DNA of 64,000 bases from Candidatus Dadabacteria bacterium (GTDB lineage Bacteria; Desulfobacterota_D; UBA1144; Nemesobacterales; CSP1-2), in contig CAWDVW010000007.1 of NCBI GenBank assembly GCA_963805855.1, positions 480,001 to 544,000 on the forward strand. The letters run 5' to 3'. The notes beneath the pieces are model-generated. The model ran no database searches, had not been told where the DNA came from, and was given only the letters and a program-made list of their open reading frames with translations. The position numbers and the translations under genes are program-made. Shown piece after piece: positions 63,487 to 64,000 of this stretch (its first letter is position 1; every line of letters starts with the position of its first letter).

Positions 63487-63769
63487 CTTCTCTGCATGCA
63501 TTGGAAAAGGACGATAGTTATCAGCGTACTTTAAACATCGCGGCCCAACACTGCATGCACCCGACACAGCTACCGCAGCTACCGCCTCGTCCCAGCGAAT
63601 GCTCATGTTATTCCGGGAAGTCTTGCCCGCGAAGAATCCCTGGGATCGATAATAAGAAATTAGAGCAATGAGAGAAGATAAAGTCAAACAGCCTTCTTTA
63701 TGGAATTGAGATAGAAATAAGTGGTTATGGGATTATCGGTGGCAAACGGATCCGTCAAGAGATGGGCAG

Positions 63770-63878
63770 GAGATCGCCGCGGCGGAGTCTATACCGCACA
63801 CTTCAATTGACTCAGTACAGGTAGGGCGAAGTACAATCACAAGAAAGAGGAGATTGCTTCGCGCCGCTCGGAATGACA
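63770..63878. repeat. REP-like palindrome cluster
   Basis: GAGATCGCCGCGGCGGAGTCTATAC... and GAGATTGCTTCGCGCCGCTCGGAATGACA; shares GAGT(T/C)TATAC with 14486-14495 and AGATTGCTTC with 6911-6920. Confidence 0.5.
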
Positions 63879-64000
63879 GAGGGTAGCTGAGTGAAAAAGG
63901 GCTATATAATATCGTTTTTCAGAATAAGGAGTAACCTCTCTAAAGTTTTAATCTTCTCATTGGCATTAAATTTGCCAAACCTGAGCTCCAAATATTCCTC

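Noticed and set aside
63741-63775. GGCAAAC as the start of a c-di-GMP-I riboswitch
   Set aside because: Lacks the GNRA-capped P2 and the following GCAAA/P3 elements; runs into a REP-like cluster.

Overview
Bacterial chromosomal window, probably from a Gram-negative, deltaproteobacteria-like lineage (inferred from gene content; taxon not determinable here). Almost all genes are on the minus strand. About 17-61.6 kb is conserved housekeeping DNA: the nusA operon region (rimP-nusA-infB-DUF503-rbfA-DHH-truB-rpsO-pnp-miaA), nfeD/SPFH, an Opp-type ABC transporter, yceD-rpmF-fabD-fabG-acpP-fabF, a TCA cluster (acnA-icd-mdh-DAC-frdABCD-sucC) and a heat-shock region (rpoH-dnaK, rpmE, an EF-G paralogue, ppx, hrcA-grpE-dnaJ). 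The first ~17 kb looks accessory. It holds a standalone LigD phosphoesterase, a CBM48-alpha/beta-hydrolase fusion, a sugar ABC transporter, a GH63-like hydrolase, an LLM oxidoreductase and a ThrC-like/sulfur-carrier pair. It also holds an overlapping three-gene module: CHASE2 adenylate cyclase, secreted SH3 protein and M48 lipoprotein protease. Signals the ORF track does not show: (1) three dispersed copies of a ~160-nt structured element (5' pseudoknot plus long hairpin with compensatory changes); (2) a 44-bp duplicated sigma70-type promoter bracketing the cyclase module; (3) scattered REP-like palindromes; (4) a decayed Hsp20 gene; (5) a frameshifted TPR gene. No rRNA, tRNA, CRISPR array or transposase was recognised.
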